From an uncultured Rhodobacteraceae bacterium (GTDB lineage Bacteria > Pseudomonadota > Alphaproteobacteria > Rhodobacterales > Rhodobacteraceae): a stretch of DNA of 55,134 bases. The translations under genes were made by a program, and so were the position numbers. Positions 1 to 8,251 of the stretch are shown here, one piece after another. The DNA is taken from the NCBI GenBank assembly GCA_965660085.1, contig CBFHYV010000001.1, positions 1 to 55,134 on the forward strand, read 5' to 3'. Below the pieces are notes generated by a model. It was not told the origin of the DNA and searched no databases. It worked only from the letters and a program-made list of their open reading frames with translations. Each line of letters begins with the position of its first letter. Position 1 is the stretch's first letter.

Positions 1-446
1 GAACCTCTGCACATCACTCCCAGCCAATAAGGCCAGGATAGTCTCTGTCTGTTGTGCTTCAGTCTCCAAAAGAAACCGAAACCCTACAAACAGTGAAGCT
101 GTCACTCAATCATCGGGCCGAAACCCTATGAGTGCGATATACAGAAAGCCGATCCGTCGAAACGAACCAAACCGCCCGCATATCTCTTCAGTCATCCAAA
201 TTGTCAAACAGCAGAGACAAAAACAAACACCAACCACACATCAGCGTGGCAAGCGATGCCAAATCCCTCAGAAAGCTACCAGATCAAACCGTCTCCGATC
301 CAACCCAGCGTCCCAACCGCGCCTCAGCGCCGCCGGTGAAGCGCTGTCTAAGCAATACAATCATACCTCGCAACAAGAAAATACACACAAACACCAAAAA
401 AATGGATCTGCCGACATATAGCTGTTTCAATGAGCATGGATACTAG
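1..446 (-). promoter_or_regulatory. Putative rRNA-operon promoter/leader region, transcribed leftwards out of the window
   Basis: Non-coding, GC-poor, with extreme strand skew: the plus strand is almost only A/C and the minus strand is G/T-rich. A boxA-like element lies at 201-213 and a T-rich tract (minus strand) at about 372-402. An 11-nt direct repeat CCGAAACCCTA occurs at 76-86 and 118-128. The 16S gene is not in the window, so the call is inference. Confidence 0.4.
201..213 (-). promoter_or_regulatory. boxA-like antitermination element
   Basis: Minus strand reads TGCTGTTTGACAA, an 11/13 match to the E. coli rrn boxA TGCTCTTTAACAA. Confidence 0.4.
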
Positions 447-515
447 ATGCTGGCCTGCAGCCCAGAGGCAGGCTTGATGCCGGATCTGGCACCACCTGTG
501 GTGGCGCCGACCCTG

Positions 516-1124
516 TCACGCCAACCGCAGACGGTTCGCAGGCGGCAAGCGCAGGGCCAACAATCCAAGGATCAGCGTCAGATAAACCAGAGGTTCAAGC
601 TGAAACCCCTTGGTCAGCAGCAGGAAATGCACCGCACCCAACAGGCCGATCGCATACGTCAGCTTGTGAAGCTGACGCCAGCGCGCACCCAGCCTCCGGA
701 CAGAGGCGTTGTTGCTGGTGACCGCCAGGGGAATCATCAGCAGGAACGCCGCCATGCCGATGGTGATATATGGCCGCTTCACGATATCGGCCCAGATCTG
801 GGACAGGATCTGCACGTCCAGAACCAACCAGACCAGCAGGTGCAGCACCACATAGACAAAAGCCAGAATGCCCAGCGCCCTGCGGAACCGCAGCAGGTTC
901 ACACCCAGCAGCCTGCGCAGAGGCGTCACCGCAAGGATCACAACCATCAGCTGCAGCGCCAGCTCGCCCAAGGCATGTTCCAGCGCCTTGATGGGTTCCA
1001 CACCCAAGGCCCCCGTCATCCCCTGTGCCAGCAACACCGGCACAGGAATCAGGCCAAGCAGATAGACGGCCCAAACCGGAAAGGCGCGCAGCCCGCGGTT
1101 CGTGACCTCGATCACCGAGGTCAA
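516..1124 (-). CDS. msrQ: Protein-methionine-sulfoxide reductase heme-binding membrane subunit MsrQ (YedZ)
   Basis: 202-aa polytopic membrane protein with conserved His residues, collinear with E. coli YedZ. Its start overlaps the msrP stop by 4 nt. Confidence 0.88.
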   Translation of the reverse strand: MTSVIEVTNRGLRAFPVWAVYLLGLIPVPVLLAQGMTGALGVEPIKALEHALGELALQLMVVILAVTPLRRLLGVNLLRFRRALGILAFVYVVLHLLVWLVLDVQILSQIWADIVKRPYITIGMAAFLLMIPLAVTSNNASVRRLGARWRQLHKLTYAIGLLGAVHFLLLTKGFQLEPLVYLTLILGLLALRLPPANRLRLA

Positions 1125-2029
1125 AAGAACGTCCTCAGGTCCATCCCGGCATACATGGATGCGACCTCATCGGCATAGCCGTTGAACATCTGCGTGGGCT
1201 GACGCCGGGCAAACAACCCGCCGCCGATGCGCCGTTCCGTGGCCTGCGACCAGCGCGGATGGCTGACCTCGGGGTTGACGTTGGAATAGAACCCATACTC
1301 ACGCGGGTTGGCCACGTTCCAGGACGCCGGCGGTTGTTCGTCGGTCAGGGTGATCCGCACGATGGACTTGATGGATTTGAACCCGTATTTCCACGGCACC
1401 ACCAGACGCACGGGCGCGCCATTCTGATTGGCAATGGGGCGTCCGTAGATGCCCGTGGCCATCAGGGTCAGCGGATGCATGGCCTCATCCAGGCGCAGAC
1501 CTTCCACATAGGGCCAATCCAGCACCGGAAAGCGCGTGCCCGGCATCTCTTCCGGGCGCAACACCGTCTCGAAGGCCACATATTTGGCCTCAGGCTTCAC
1601 GCCCACCATGGCCAGCAGATCCGCCAGTTCAAAGCCGTTCCAGGGCACCACCATCGACCAGGCCTCGACACAGCGGAAGCGGTAGATGCGCTCCTCGATC
1701 GTCATGCGGGCAACGATGTCTTGCAGGTCATAGTCGCCTGGCGCATCAACCAGCCCGTCAATGCGGATGGACCACGGCTCCGTGGTCAGCTGATGGGCAT
1801 TGCGGGCCGGATCATCCTTGCCAGTGCCGAACTCGTAGTAGTTGCAGTAATTGGTGATGTCTTCCCAGCTGTTCGGCTCCGGCGCCTCCTGCGCGCGCGC
1901 CATGCCGGGCAGGCCTGCCGCGGCAACACCGGCGCCCATCAGGCCCAGCGCCCGCCTGCGGTTCAGAAACAGTGCTTCCGGCGTCACGTCTTCAGGGGTC
2001 AGGTCGTTTGTCCAGCGATGTGCCATCAT
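1121..2029 (-). CDS. msrP: Periplasmic molybdopterin-dependent methionine-sulfoxide reductase catalytic subunit MsrP (YedY)
   Basis: Twin-arginine signal [24 protein letters not shown] and the sulfite-oxidase-family motif RFRCVEAWS. Start trimmed from 2167 to the ATGATG at 2029/2026, preceded by GGAGGA (2030-2036). Confidence 0.88.
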   Translation of the reverse strand: MMAHRWTNDLTPEDVTPEALFLNRRRALGLMGAGVAAAGLPGMARAQEAPEPNSWEDITNYCNYYEFGTGKDDPARNAHQLTTEPWSIRIDGLVDAPGDYDLQDIVARMTIEERIYRFRCVEAWSMVVPWNGFELADLLAMVGVKPEAKYVAFETVLRPEEMPGTRFPVLDWPYVEGLRLDEAMHPLTLMATGIYGRPIANQNGAPVRLVVPWKYGFKSIKSIVRITLTDEQPPASWNVANPREYGFYSNVNPEVSHPRWSQATERRIGGGLFARRQPTQMFNGYADEVASMYAGMDLRTFF

Positions 2030-2191
2030 GTCCTCCAACTCGGGCGTTGAAGGGAATGTAGCCATCGCGCCGCGCGCTTCCAAACCACAACGGGTCACGA
2101 TGGTGCGCAGGGCTTGAAACATCTGCCACGCAAAACGGCCCCGGCGGATGTGCCGGGGCCGTCGCATCCATGCGCTACAGTGGCTCTGCCG

Positions 2192-2659
2192 TCAGTTGAC
2201 GGGCTTGGCCTCCTGCGCGTCGATCTGCGTGGACCCGGCCGAGGCAATCTCGATCCGGCGGGGCTTCAGCGCCTCCGGCACTTCGCGGACCATATCGATG
2301 TGCAGCATGCCGTTCTCATGCAGCGCGCCGGTCACGCGGACATGATCCGCAAGGTGAAAGCGCCGCTCGAACGCGCGGGTGGCGATGCCGCGGTGCAGAT
2401 AGGTGCGGCCCTCCTCGGGCGCTTCCTTGCGGGCTGCCACGACCAGGGCGTTTTCCTTCACATCCACGGTCAGATCCGATTCGGCAAACCCAGCCACAGC
2501 GACAGAGATGCGGTAACTGTCGGTGCCGGTTTTTTCGATGTTATAGGGCGGATAGCTTTGCTGGCCCATATCGTTGGCCATCACGCGGTCCATCAGATCG
2601 GCGATCTGATCGAAGCCGACAGTTGCACGATACAGCGGTGCAAGATCGAAACGTTGCAT
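2192..2659 (-). CDS. Small heat-shock protein, Hsp20/IbpA family
   Basis: MQRFDLAPLYRATVGFD... aligns residue-for-residue with the E. coli IbpA N-terminus (MRNFDLSPLYRSAIGFD), and the C-terminus has PRRIEI. AGGAGG lies 7 nt upstream of the ATG at 2659. Confidence 0.9.
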   Translation of the reverse strand: MQRFDLAPLYRATVGFDQIADLMDRVMANDMGQQSYPPYNIEKTGTDSYRISVAVAGFAESDLTVDVKENALVVAARKEAPEEGRTYLHRGIATRAFERRFHLADHVRVTGALHENGMLHIDMVREVPEALKPRRIEIASAGSTQIDAQEAKPVN

Positions 2660-2750
2660 GGGGTAACCTCCTGTGAGCGATCCCGTTTCCATGATGCGCC
2701 CTCCTGCCGGACGGGCGCGGCACAGGGCCCGTATCGGCGCCCTGCCCGGA

Positions 2751-2781
2751 TGAGGTGGGAAAACCACGCCGGCCTTTCAAG
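2751..2781 (-). promoter_or_regulatory. Candidate RpoH (sigma-32)-type heat-shock promoter for hsp20
   Basis: Minus strand reads CTTGAA-N16-CCCACCTCA, compared with the sigma-32 consensus CTTGAA-N13-17-CCCCATNT. It lies about 90 nt upstream of the hsp20 start. Confidence 0.35.
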
Positions 2782-3457
2782 GGGGGCTGACGCGGCCCGC
2801 TGGCATCATCACGGCAAAGGCCCGCACCGTGTCACCATCGGCATTGCCCGCCGCGACGACCAGTCCAGCCACCGCCAGCCCGCCCGAGGCGTCCCGCACC
2901 AGCAGGGGCGAGCCTGACCCGCCTGCACCCGCCCCGCACGCAAGCTCTCGCAACCCAGGGCCGATGGGCTGCATGGCGCAGGTCCGCAAGGGCGATTGTG
3001 GCGGGGGCAACGCGGCACCGGCGGTGCGGGCCGCATCCGCCGCCATCGGCAAGGGCACCACGGTGCTGGCGGCCAGGGGATAGTCCAGCCGCAACAGCGC
3101 CAGATCCCGCCGCATCCTGTCAGGGGACACGGGCGCATCGGGCTGAAAGCCTTCGGCGATCCGGCTGTCCACCACGCCACGATAGGCACGCGCGCTGAAC
3201 CCCCCAACCCGGAAACGCAGATCACCCAAGGCCAGGGCCTGGTGCGTGCCGGGGGAAAACAGGCAATGCGCCGCGGTCAGCACCAGATCAGGCGCCACCA
3301 GCGTTGCCACGCAGATCGGCCAGCCGCGCAGTTCCAGCTGCCCCACGGCCAGCGGCGCGCGTTCAGCGGCAACCGGAACTGCGGCCCAGAACAAGGCCGC
3401 CGCCGCGATGGTTACTGCGCGCACAGCGCAGGCGGTTTCGGCCCGCCCGTTGCCCAA
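2777..3457 (-). CDS. Secreted trypsin-like (S1 family) serine protease
   Basis: Contains LTAAHC (catalytic His), DLALLRL (Asp) and GGSGSPLL (Ser). The N-terminus is hydrophobic and signal-like. Start uncertain: ATG 3457 overlaps glcF by 46 nt, and an alternative GTG lies at 3424. Confidence 0.7.
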   Translation of the reverse strand: MGNGRAETACAVRAVTIAAAALFWAAVPVAAERAPLAVGQLELRGWPICVATLVAPDLVLTAAHCLFSPGTHQALALGDLRFRVGGFSARAYRGVVDSRIAEGFQPDAPVSPDRMRRDLALLRLDYPLAASTVVPLPMAADAARTAGAALPPPQSPLRTCAMQPIGPGLRELACGAGAGGSGSPLLVRDASGGLAVAGLVVAAGNADGDTVRAFAVMMPAGRVSPP

Positions 3458-4704
3458 TCCAGCAGCTCCACACTGTGAACCACTGGCACCTCTGTTCCAG
3501 AGCCGATCTGCATCATGCAGCCGATGTTCCCAGCAGCAATCACATCGGGCTTGCGGGCCTCCAGCGTGCGAATCTTGCGCGCCTTCAGCTGCTTGGAAAT
3601 CGTGGGCTGCATCAGGTTATAGGTGCCGGCCGATCCACAGCACAGGTGGCTGTCCGCAGGCTCCACCACCGTGAACCCGGCCTTTTTCAGCAGATCCTTG
3701 GGCGCGGATTTGATCTTCTGCCCATGTTGCAGCGAACAGGCCGCGTGATAGGCCACCGTCAGCCCGCGCGGTGTGGCCGCGGCCGGAATGTCCAGCGTGG
3801 CCAGCAATTCCGTCACATCCATCGCAATCGCGGACACTTTCTCCGCCTGCTCCGCCAAAGGTTCATTGCGGAACATATGCCCGTAATCCTTGACGGTCGT
3901 TCCGCAGCCAGACGTGTTGATGACAATGGCATCCAGCCCCTCACCCGCCATTTCAGCAGTCCAGGCCCGGATATTGGCGGCAGCCGATCGGTGGCTTTCA
4001 TCCACCTTACCCATATGGTGGGTCAGGGCCCCGCAACAGCCCGCGCCCTTGGCCACCACAACCTCACAGCCCAGGCGGGTCAGCAGGCGGATGGTGGCAT
4101 CGTTGATATCGGTGTTCAGCGCCTTTTGCGCACAGCCGGTCATCAGCGCCACGCGCTTGCGCCGCGGCGCCGCCGGGGCGAAGCTCTGCGGATCATCGTT
4201 GCGCGACACAGGCGGGATCTGGCGCGGCGCCATTTCCAACATGGCGCGCAGGCGTTCATCCGGCATCAGAAAAGCAAAGGGCCGCCCCAGCTTCGCCGCC
4301 AGCAGCGCCGCCCGGAACCGCATGGGATAGGGCAGGATACGCGCCAGGATCCACCGCAAGGCCCGGTCAGAGAACGGGCGTTTGTAGTTTTCCTCGATAT
4401 ATTCCCGCGCGTGATCGACCAGATGCATGTAATGCACGCCGGATGGGCAGGTGGTCATGCAGGCCAGGCAAGACAGGCAGCGGTCAATATGCTTGACCGT
4501 GCGCGCATCGGGCACACGCTCGTTCTCCAGCATGTCCTTGATCAGGTAGATGCGCCCGCGGGGGCTGTCCAGTTCATCCCCCAGCACCTGATAGGTGGGG
4601 CATGTGGCGGTGCAAAAGCCGCAATGCACGCAGGATCGCAGGATCTCATTCGCGCGGGCGGTTCCCGGATCCTTCAGCTGATCCGGGGTAAAGGTCGTCT
4701 GCAT
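3412..4704 (-). CDS. glcF: Glycolate oxidase iron-sulfur subunit GlcF
   Basis: Two ferredoxin-type motifs (CVHCGFCTATCP and CLSCLACMTTCP) plus C-terminal CCG domains. Sits in glcD-glcE-glcF order. Confidence 0.9.
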   Translation of the reverse strand: MQTTFTPDQLKDPGTARANEILRSCVHCGFCTATCPTYQVLGDELDSPRGRIYLIKDMLENERVPDARTVKHIDRCLSCLACMTTCPSGVHYMHLVDHAREYIEENYKRPFSDRALRWILARILPYPMRFRAALLAAKLGRPFAFLMPDERLRAMLEMAPRQIPPVSRNDDPQSFAPAAPRRKRVALMTGCAQKALNTDINDATIRLLTRLGCEVVVAKGAGCCGALTHHMGKVDESHRSAAANIRAWTAEMAGEGLDAIVINTSGCGTTVKDYGHMFRNEPLAEQAEKVSAIAMDVTELLATLDIPAAATPRGLTVAYHAACSLQHGQKIKSAPKDLLKKAGFTVVEPADSHLCCGSAGTYNLMQPTISKQLKARKIRTLEARKPDVIAAGNIGCMMQIGSGTEVPVVHSVELLDWATGGPKPPALCAQ

Positions 4705-4742
4705 CGGAACACTCCTCGCGCCGGGCGCGGAAAAACAAGGGG

Positions 4743-5876
4743 TCAGGCGGCCATCAGGCCGGGGTTCAACAGGCCGCGCGGGTCAAAGCGTTCCCGCAAC
4801 CCGCGAGAGATCCGGGCAATGGGCGCAGGTTCGGGGTGGAACGCCGCCAGCTTGGCGCGCGTGGCATCATCGCCCCGCACCAGCGTGGCATGACCGGCGA
4901 AGGCACCCAACCGCGCGCGCAGATCAGTGCCCGGCGTCATGCGCAGCCACACAAGCCCGCCCCCCCAATCGAACATCGCGCCCTCGGCGCCGGCCCGGGC
5001 GACAAGCGCGGGCGCATCCGACGGTTTGACAGACAGCCGCCAGACATCGCCGGGTTGCGCATGAAACACCGCCACATCCCGCACCGCCGCCCAGCGCGCG
5101 GCTACGGCCTGCTTGTCCGTCTCCACGCGGACCGGGCCAAACCGCTCAGCCAGGCTGCGCAGTTGCTGCGCCCGATAGGCGACAGATTGGGTGAACCCTT
5201 CGATGCGCAGCAACGTCACGGACGCGCCCTCTGGCCCATCAGGCAAATGTGCAGCACCCGTCACGTCAAAGGGTGAACCAAGCCCCGCCGCCATGGCCTG
5301 CACCGCCTGCGCATCCTCCAGCCCCGTGATTTCGATGGATGCCATGGCATCCGGTTTGGGCAGCACCTTCAGCGATACCTCCGTCAGCACGCCCAAGGTG
5401 CCCCAACTGCCCGCCATCAGCTTGACCAGGTCATATCCGGTGACATTCTTCATCACGCGGCCACCGTTCTTGACGATGGTGCCTGCCCCATCGACAAACC
5501 GCACACCCAGCAGATGATCGCGGCAGGCGCCGGTCTGGATGCGCCGCGGACCAGAGGCGTTGGCCGCGACCATCCCCCCAACGGTCGGCAGGCCAGTGGT
5601 GCCAAGCAGACCGCGATAATCCACAGGCTCAAAGGCCAGGCGCTGACTTTCGGCATCAAGCGCAGCCTCCAGGTCCGGCAGCGGCGTGCCGGCCTGGACC
5701 ACCACGGTCAGCGCGCCGGGCTCATACAGGGTGATGCCGTTCAGGTTCCAGGTGCGCAGTTCCTGCGTCGGGCCACTCAAGCGGCCGATGGCGCGGGTGC
5801 CGCCGCCGTGCACATGGATGGGCGCGCGCGCGTCGCGCAGGATCTCGGCCAGTTCGGCCTCTGTCGAAGGGGTCAT
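4743..5876 (-). CDS. glcE: Glycolate oxidase FAD-binding subunit GlcE
   Basis: FAD-binding PCMH-type domain located between glcD and glcF. Start trimmed to ATG 5876, with an alternative ATG at 5912. The 5975 start would overlap glcD. Confidence 0.85.
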   Translation of the reverse strand: MTPSTEAELAEILRDARAPIHVHGGGTRAIGRLSGPTQELRTWNLNGITLYEPGALTVVVQAGTPLPDLEAALDAESQRLAFEPVDYRGLLGTTGLPTVGGMVAANASGPRRIQTGACRDHLLGVRFVDGAGTIVKNGGRVMKNVTGYDLVKLMAGSWGTLGVLTEVSLKVLPKPDAMASIEITGLEDAQAVQAMAAGLGSPFDVTGAAHLPDGPEGASVTLLRIEGFTQSVAYRAQQLRSLAERFGPVRVETDKQAVAARWAAVRDVAVFHAQPGDVWRLSVKPSDAPALVARAGAEGAMFDWGGGLVWLRMTPGTDLRARLGAFAGHATLVRGDDATRAKLAAFHPEPAPIARISRGLRERFDPRGLLNPGLMAA

Positions 5877-5928
5877 GTTGCGTTCCTGCTGGGCAAATGG
5901 GTCACGGGCCATGCGTCTGGGCGAAGGC

Positions 5929-7377
5929 TCATTGCGCGGCGATGGACGCGGTCCGCCGCTCATCCGAGGCCGCAAGGGGAAAGACCTTCGCCGGGTTCAG
6001 CAGCCATTTGGGATCAAACACATCCTTCACGGCCATCTGCGCCTCCAGATCGGCGGGGTCGAACTGATCCACCATCAGGTCCCGCTTTTCAATGCCAACC
6101 CCATGTTCGCCGGTCAGACATCCGCCAACCTCCACGCACAGCCGCAGAATGTCGGCGCCCAGCGCCTCGCATTTTTCCAACTCGCCCGGCTGGTTGGCAT
6201 TGAACAGGATCAGCGGGTGCATGTTGCCGTCCCCGGCATGGAACACATTGGCCACGTCCAGGCCGTAGCCCTTGGACATTTCGGAAATCCGCCGCAGCAC
6301 ATAGGGCAGCGAGGACACCGGGATCGTCCCGTCCAGGCACATGTAGTCATTGATCTGGCCCATGGCGCCAAAGGCGCTCTTGCGGCCCAGCCAGATGCGC
6401 CCGGCCTCATCGGCATCGCGGGCCTCGCGCAGCTCAACCGGGTTATGCCGGCGCGCGATCTGCAGGATCAGGCCCAGCTGCTCTGCGATCTCTTCCTCGC
6501 TGCCCTCAACCTCGACGATCAGCAGCGCCTCGCACATCGGATAGCCCGCCTTGGCGAAGGCTTCGGTGGCCTCGATGCAAGGGCGGTCCATGAATTCAAT
6601 GGCCACCGGCAGGACACCGGCCTTGATGATGTCTGACACGCAGGCGCCAGCGACCTCATTGCTGTCAAAGCCGATCAGAACGGGCCGCGCGCCCTCGGGC
6701 TTGCGCAGGATTCGCAGCGTGGCTTCCGTGACCACACCAAGCTGCCCCTCGGATCCGCAGATCAGGCCCAGCAGATCCAGCCCCGCCGCATCCAGATGGG
6801 CACCACCAAGCTCAATGATCTCGCCCTCCATCGTCACCAGCGTGACGCCCATCAGGTTGTTCGTCGTCACCCCGTATTTCAGGCAATGCGCTCCGCCGGA
6901 ATTCATGGCGATATTCCCGGCGATGGCACAGGCCAGCTGGCTGGACGGGTCAGGCGCGTAGAAAAAGTCCTGCTCCTCAACCGCGCCGGTGACGGACAGG
7001 TTGGTGCGCCCCGTCTGCACTCGGACAAAGCGGTTGTCATAATCGGTTTCCAGCACGTCGGTCATCCGCGCCACGCCCAGGATCACGCTGTCCGCCGTGG
7101 GCAGCGCGCCGCCCGCCAGGGATGTGCCCGCACCGCGCGGCACCACCGGCACACCCTCTGCGTGGCAGATGCGCAGCACATCGGCCACCTGTTGCGTCGT
7201 CTCCGGCAAGACGGCGGCCAGCGGCGGGCAACGATAGGCGGTCAGGGCATCGCATTCATAGGCGCGCGTCTCCGCCGGATCGGAAATCACCGCGCCCTCC
7301 GGCAGAACCTGCTGTAGCAGTTCCACGATGCGGGGCTTGCGCCCCAAGACAGACGGGTCGGGCTTGGGCATTTCCAT
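5929..7377 (-). CDS. glcD: Glycolate oxidase subunit GlcD (FAD-linked oxidase)
   Basis: 482-aa FAD-linked oxidase whose N- and C-terminal domains are typical of GlcD. ATG 7377 is preceded by GGAGGA. Confidence 0.9.
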   Translation of the reverse strand: MEMPKPDPSVLGRKPRIVELLQQVLPEGAVISDPAETRAYECDALTAYRCPPLAAVLPETTQQVADVLRICHAEGVPVVPRGAGTSLAGGALPTADSVILGVARMTDVLETDYDNRFVRVQTGRTNLSVTGAVEEQDFFYAPDPSSQLACAIAGNIAMNSGGAHCLKYGVTTNNLMGVTLVTMEGEIIELGGAHLDAAGLDLLGLICGSEGQLGVVTEATLRILRKPEGARPVLIGFDSNEVAGACVSDIIKAGVLPVAIEFMDRPCIEATEAFAKAGYPMCEALLIVEVEGSEEEIAEQLGLILQIARRHNPVELREARDADEAGRIWLGRKSAFGAMGQINDYMCLDGTIPVSSLPYVLRRISEMSKGYGLDVANVFHAGDGNMHPLILFNANQPGELEKCEALGADILRLCVEVGGCLTGEHGVGIEKRDLMVDQFDPADLEAQMAVKDVFDPKWLLNPAKVFPLAASDERRTASIAAQ

Positions 7378-7396
7378 GATCGCGATCCTCCGAAAC

Positions 7397-7415
7397 TGGT
7401 AAGATAATAATACCA
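7397..7415. promoter_or_regulatory. Candidate operator palindrome in the glcD/DUF599 divergent promoter
   Basis: TGGTA-AGATAATAA-TACCA lies in an AT-rich 83-bp divergent intergenic region. The TGGT/ACCA half-sites resemble GntR/FadR-family (GlcC/PdhR/LldR-type) operators, but the spacer is longer than the classic sites. Confidence 0.25.
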
Positions 7416-7460
7416 ATTTTTTCTGTTATGCAAGCGGCGCAGAGTCCATAAGCTGCGGCC

Positions 7461-8159
7461 ATGTCACCTGCTACGTTCCTTATGCTGTTCGGTCCGCTGG
7501 ACCTGGCTGCGGTCGCCTTCCTGTTTGGCGCCTGGGTGGGAATCGGCTGGCTGATTGAACATTCCCCGCGCTGGCGGCCTTCCACCGCTTCCCTGATGGT
7601 ACAGTATCGGCGCGAATGGATGGTGCAATTCATCACCCGGCAACCGCGCATTTTCGACGCAAGCATCATTGCCAATCTGCGGCAGGGCACGGCGTTCTTC
7701 GCCTCGGCGTCGATGATTGCCATCGGCGGGGGGCTGGCGCTGATCGGCAATGCCGACATGCTGCGCGGCGTGGCGGGGGATCTGCTGCCAGACAGCACGG
7801 ACCCGGTGGTGGTGTGGGAGATCAAGCTGCTGGTGATCCTTGTCTTTGCCGCGAATGCCTTTCTGAAATTCGTCTGGTCGCATCGGCTGTTCGGCTATTG
7901 CTCGGTCGTCATGGCCTCGGTTCCCAATGACGTGGACGATCCCCTGGCCCTGACCCGCGCCGCCCAGGCGGCGGAGCTGAACGTCACCGCGGCGCAAAGC
8001 TATAACAGAGGTCTGCGCGCCGTCTATTTCGGCATCGGCGCCTGTGCCTGGCTGATCGGGCCAGGGTGGCTGGTGGCGGGCACGGCGGTGACGCTGATCG
8101 TGATTGGCCGGCGCGAATTTGCCTCCCGCTCGCGCAGCGTTTTGCTGGGCAACACCTGA
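7461..8159 (+). CDS. DUF599-family integral membrane protein
   Basis: 232 aa with 4-5 hydrophobic helices. The sequence pattern (REWM..F..R.PRIFDA...NL...TAFFAS) is recalled as DUF599. Confidence 0.7.
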   Translation: MSPATFLMLFGPLDLAAVAFLFGAWVGIGWLIEHSPRWRPSTASLMVQYRREWMVQFITRQPRIFDASIIANLRQGTAFFASASMIAIGGGLALIGNADMLRGVAGDLLPDSTDPVVVWEIKLLVILVFAANAFLKFVWSHRLFGYCSVVMASVPNDVDDPLALTRAAQAAELNVTAAQSYNRGLRAVYFGIGACAWLIGPGWLVAGTAVTLIVIGRREFASRSRSVLLGNT

Positions 8160-8192
8160 TCTGACAGCGCGCAAGGGCCGGGACGGTCACGC

Positions 8193-8224
8193 AAAAGGGG
8201 CCGCCCGGCAAGGGCGGCCCTTTC
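8193..8224. terminator. Bidirectional Rho-independent terminator between convergent genes
   Basis: AAAA-GGGCCGCCC-ggcaa-GGGCGGCCC-TTTC: a perfect 9-bp GC stem flanked by A and T tracts. It lies between the DUF599 stop (8159) and the giant gene stop (8252). Confidence 0.8.
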
Positions 8225-8251
8225 GATCCTGTGCACAGATCACGCAGCCCT

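Noticed and set aside
128-446. ORFs of 97 and 104 aa at the left edge
   Set aside because: They overlap each other in different frames, have no Shine-Dalgarno sequence, and have a composition (Q/K/P/R/S/T-rich) dictated by the A/C-only strand bias. The region is better explained as an rRNA leader.
2660-2767. Longer upstream starts offered by the ORF track: hsp20 2767, msrP 2167, glcE 5975, glcD 7416, regulator 17453, molybdoenzyme 20652, parA 35369, maf 41139, MFS 48861
   Set aside because: The extensions lack similarity to the known N-termini of these families, often overlap the upstream gene, and have no Shine-Dalgarno sequence. Internal starts with SD sequences and family-typical N-termini were preferred.
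5053-5068. Degenerate parS-like sequence GGTTGCGCATGAAACA inside glcE
   Set aside because: It matches the consensus at only about 13/16 positions with a disrupted central CACGTG core, and it lies 36 kb from the origin. It is probably a chance match.
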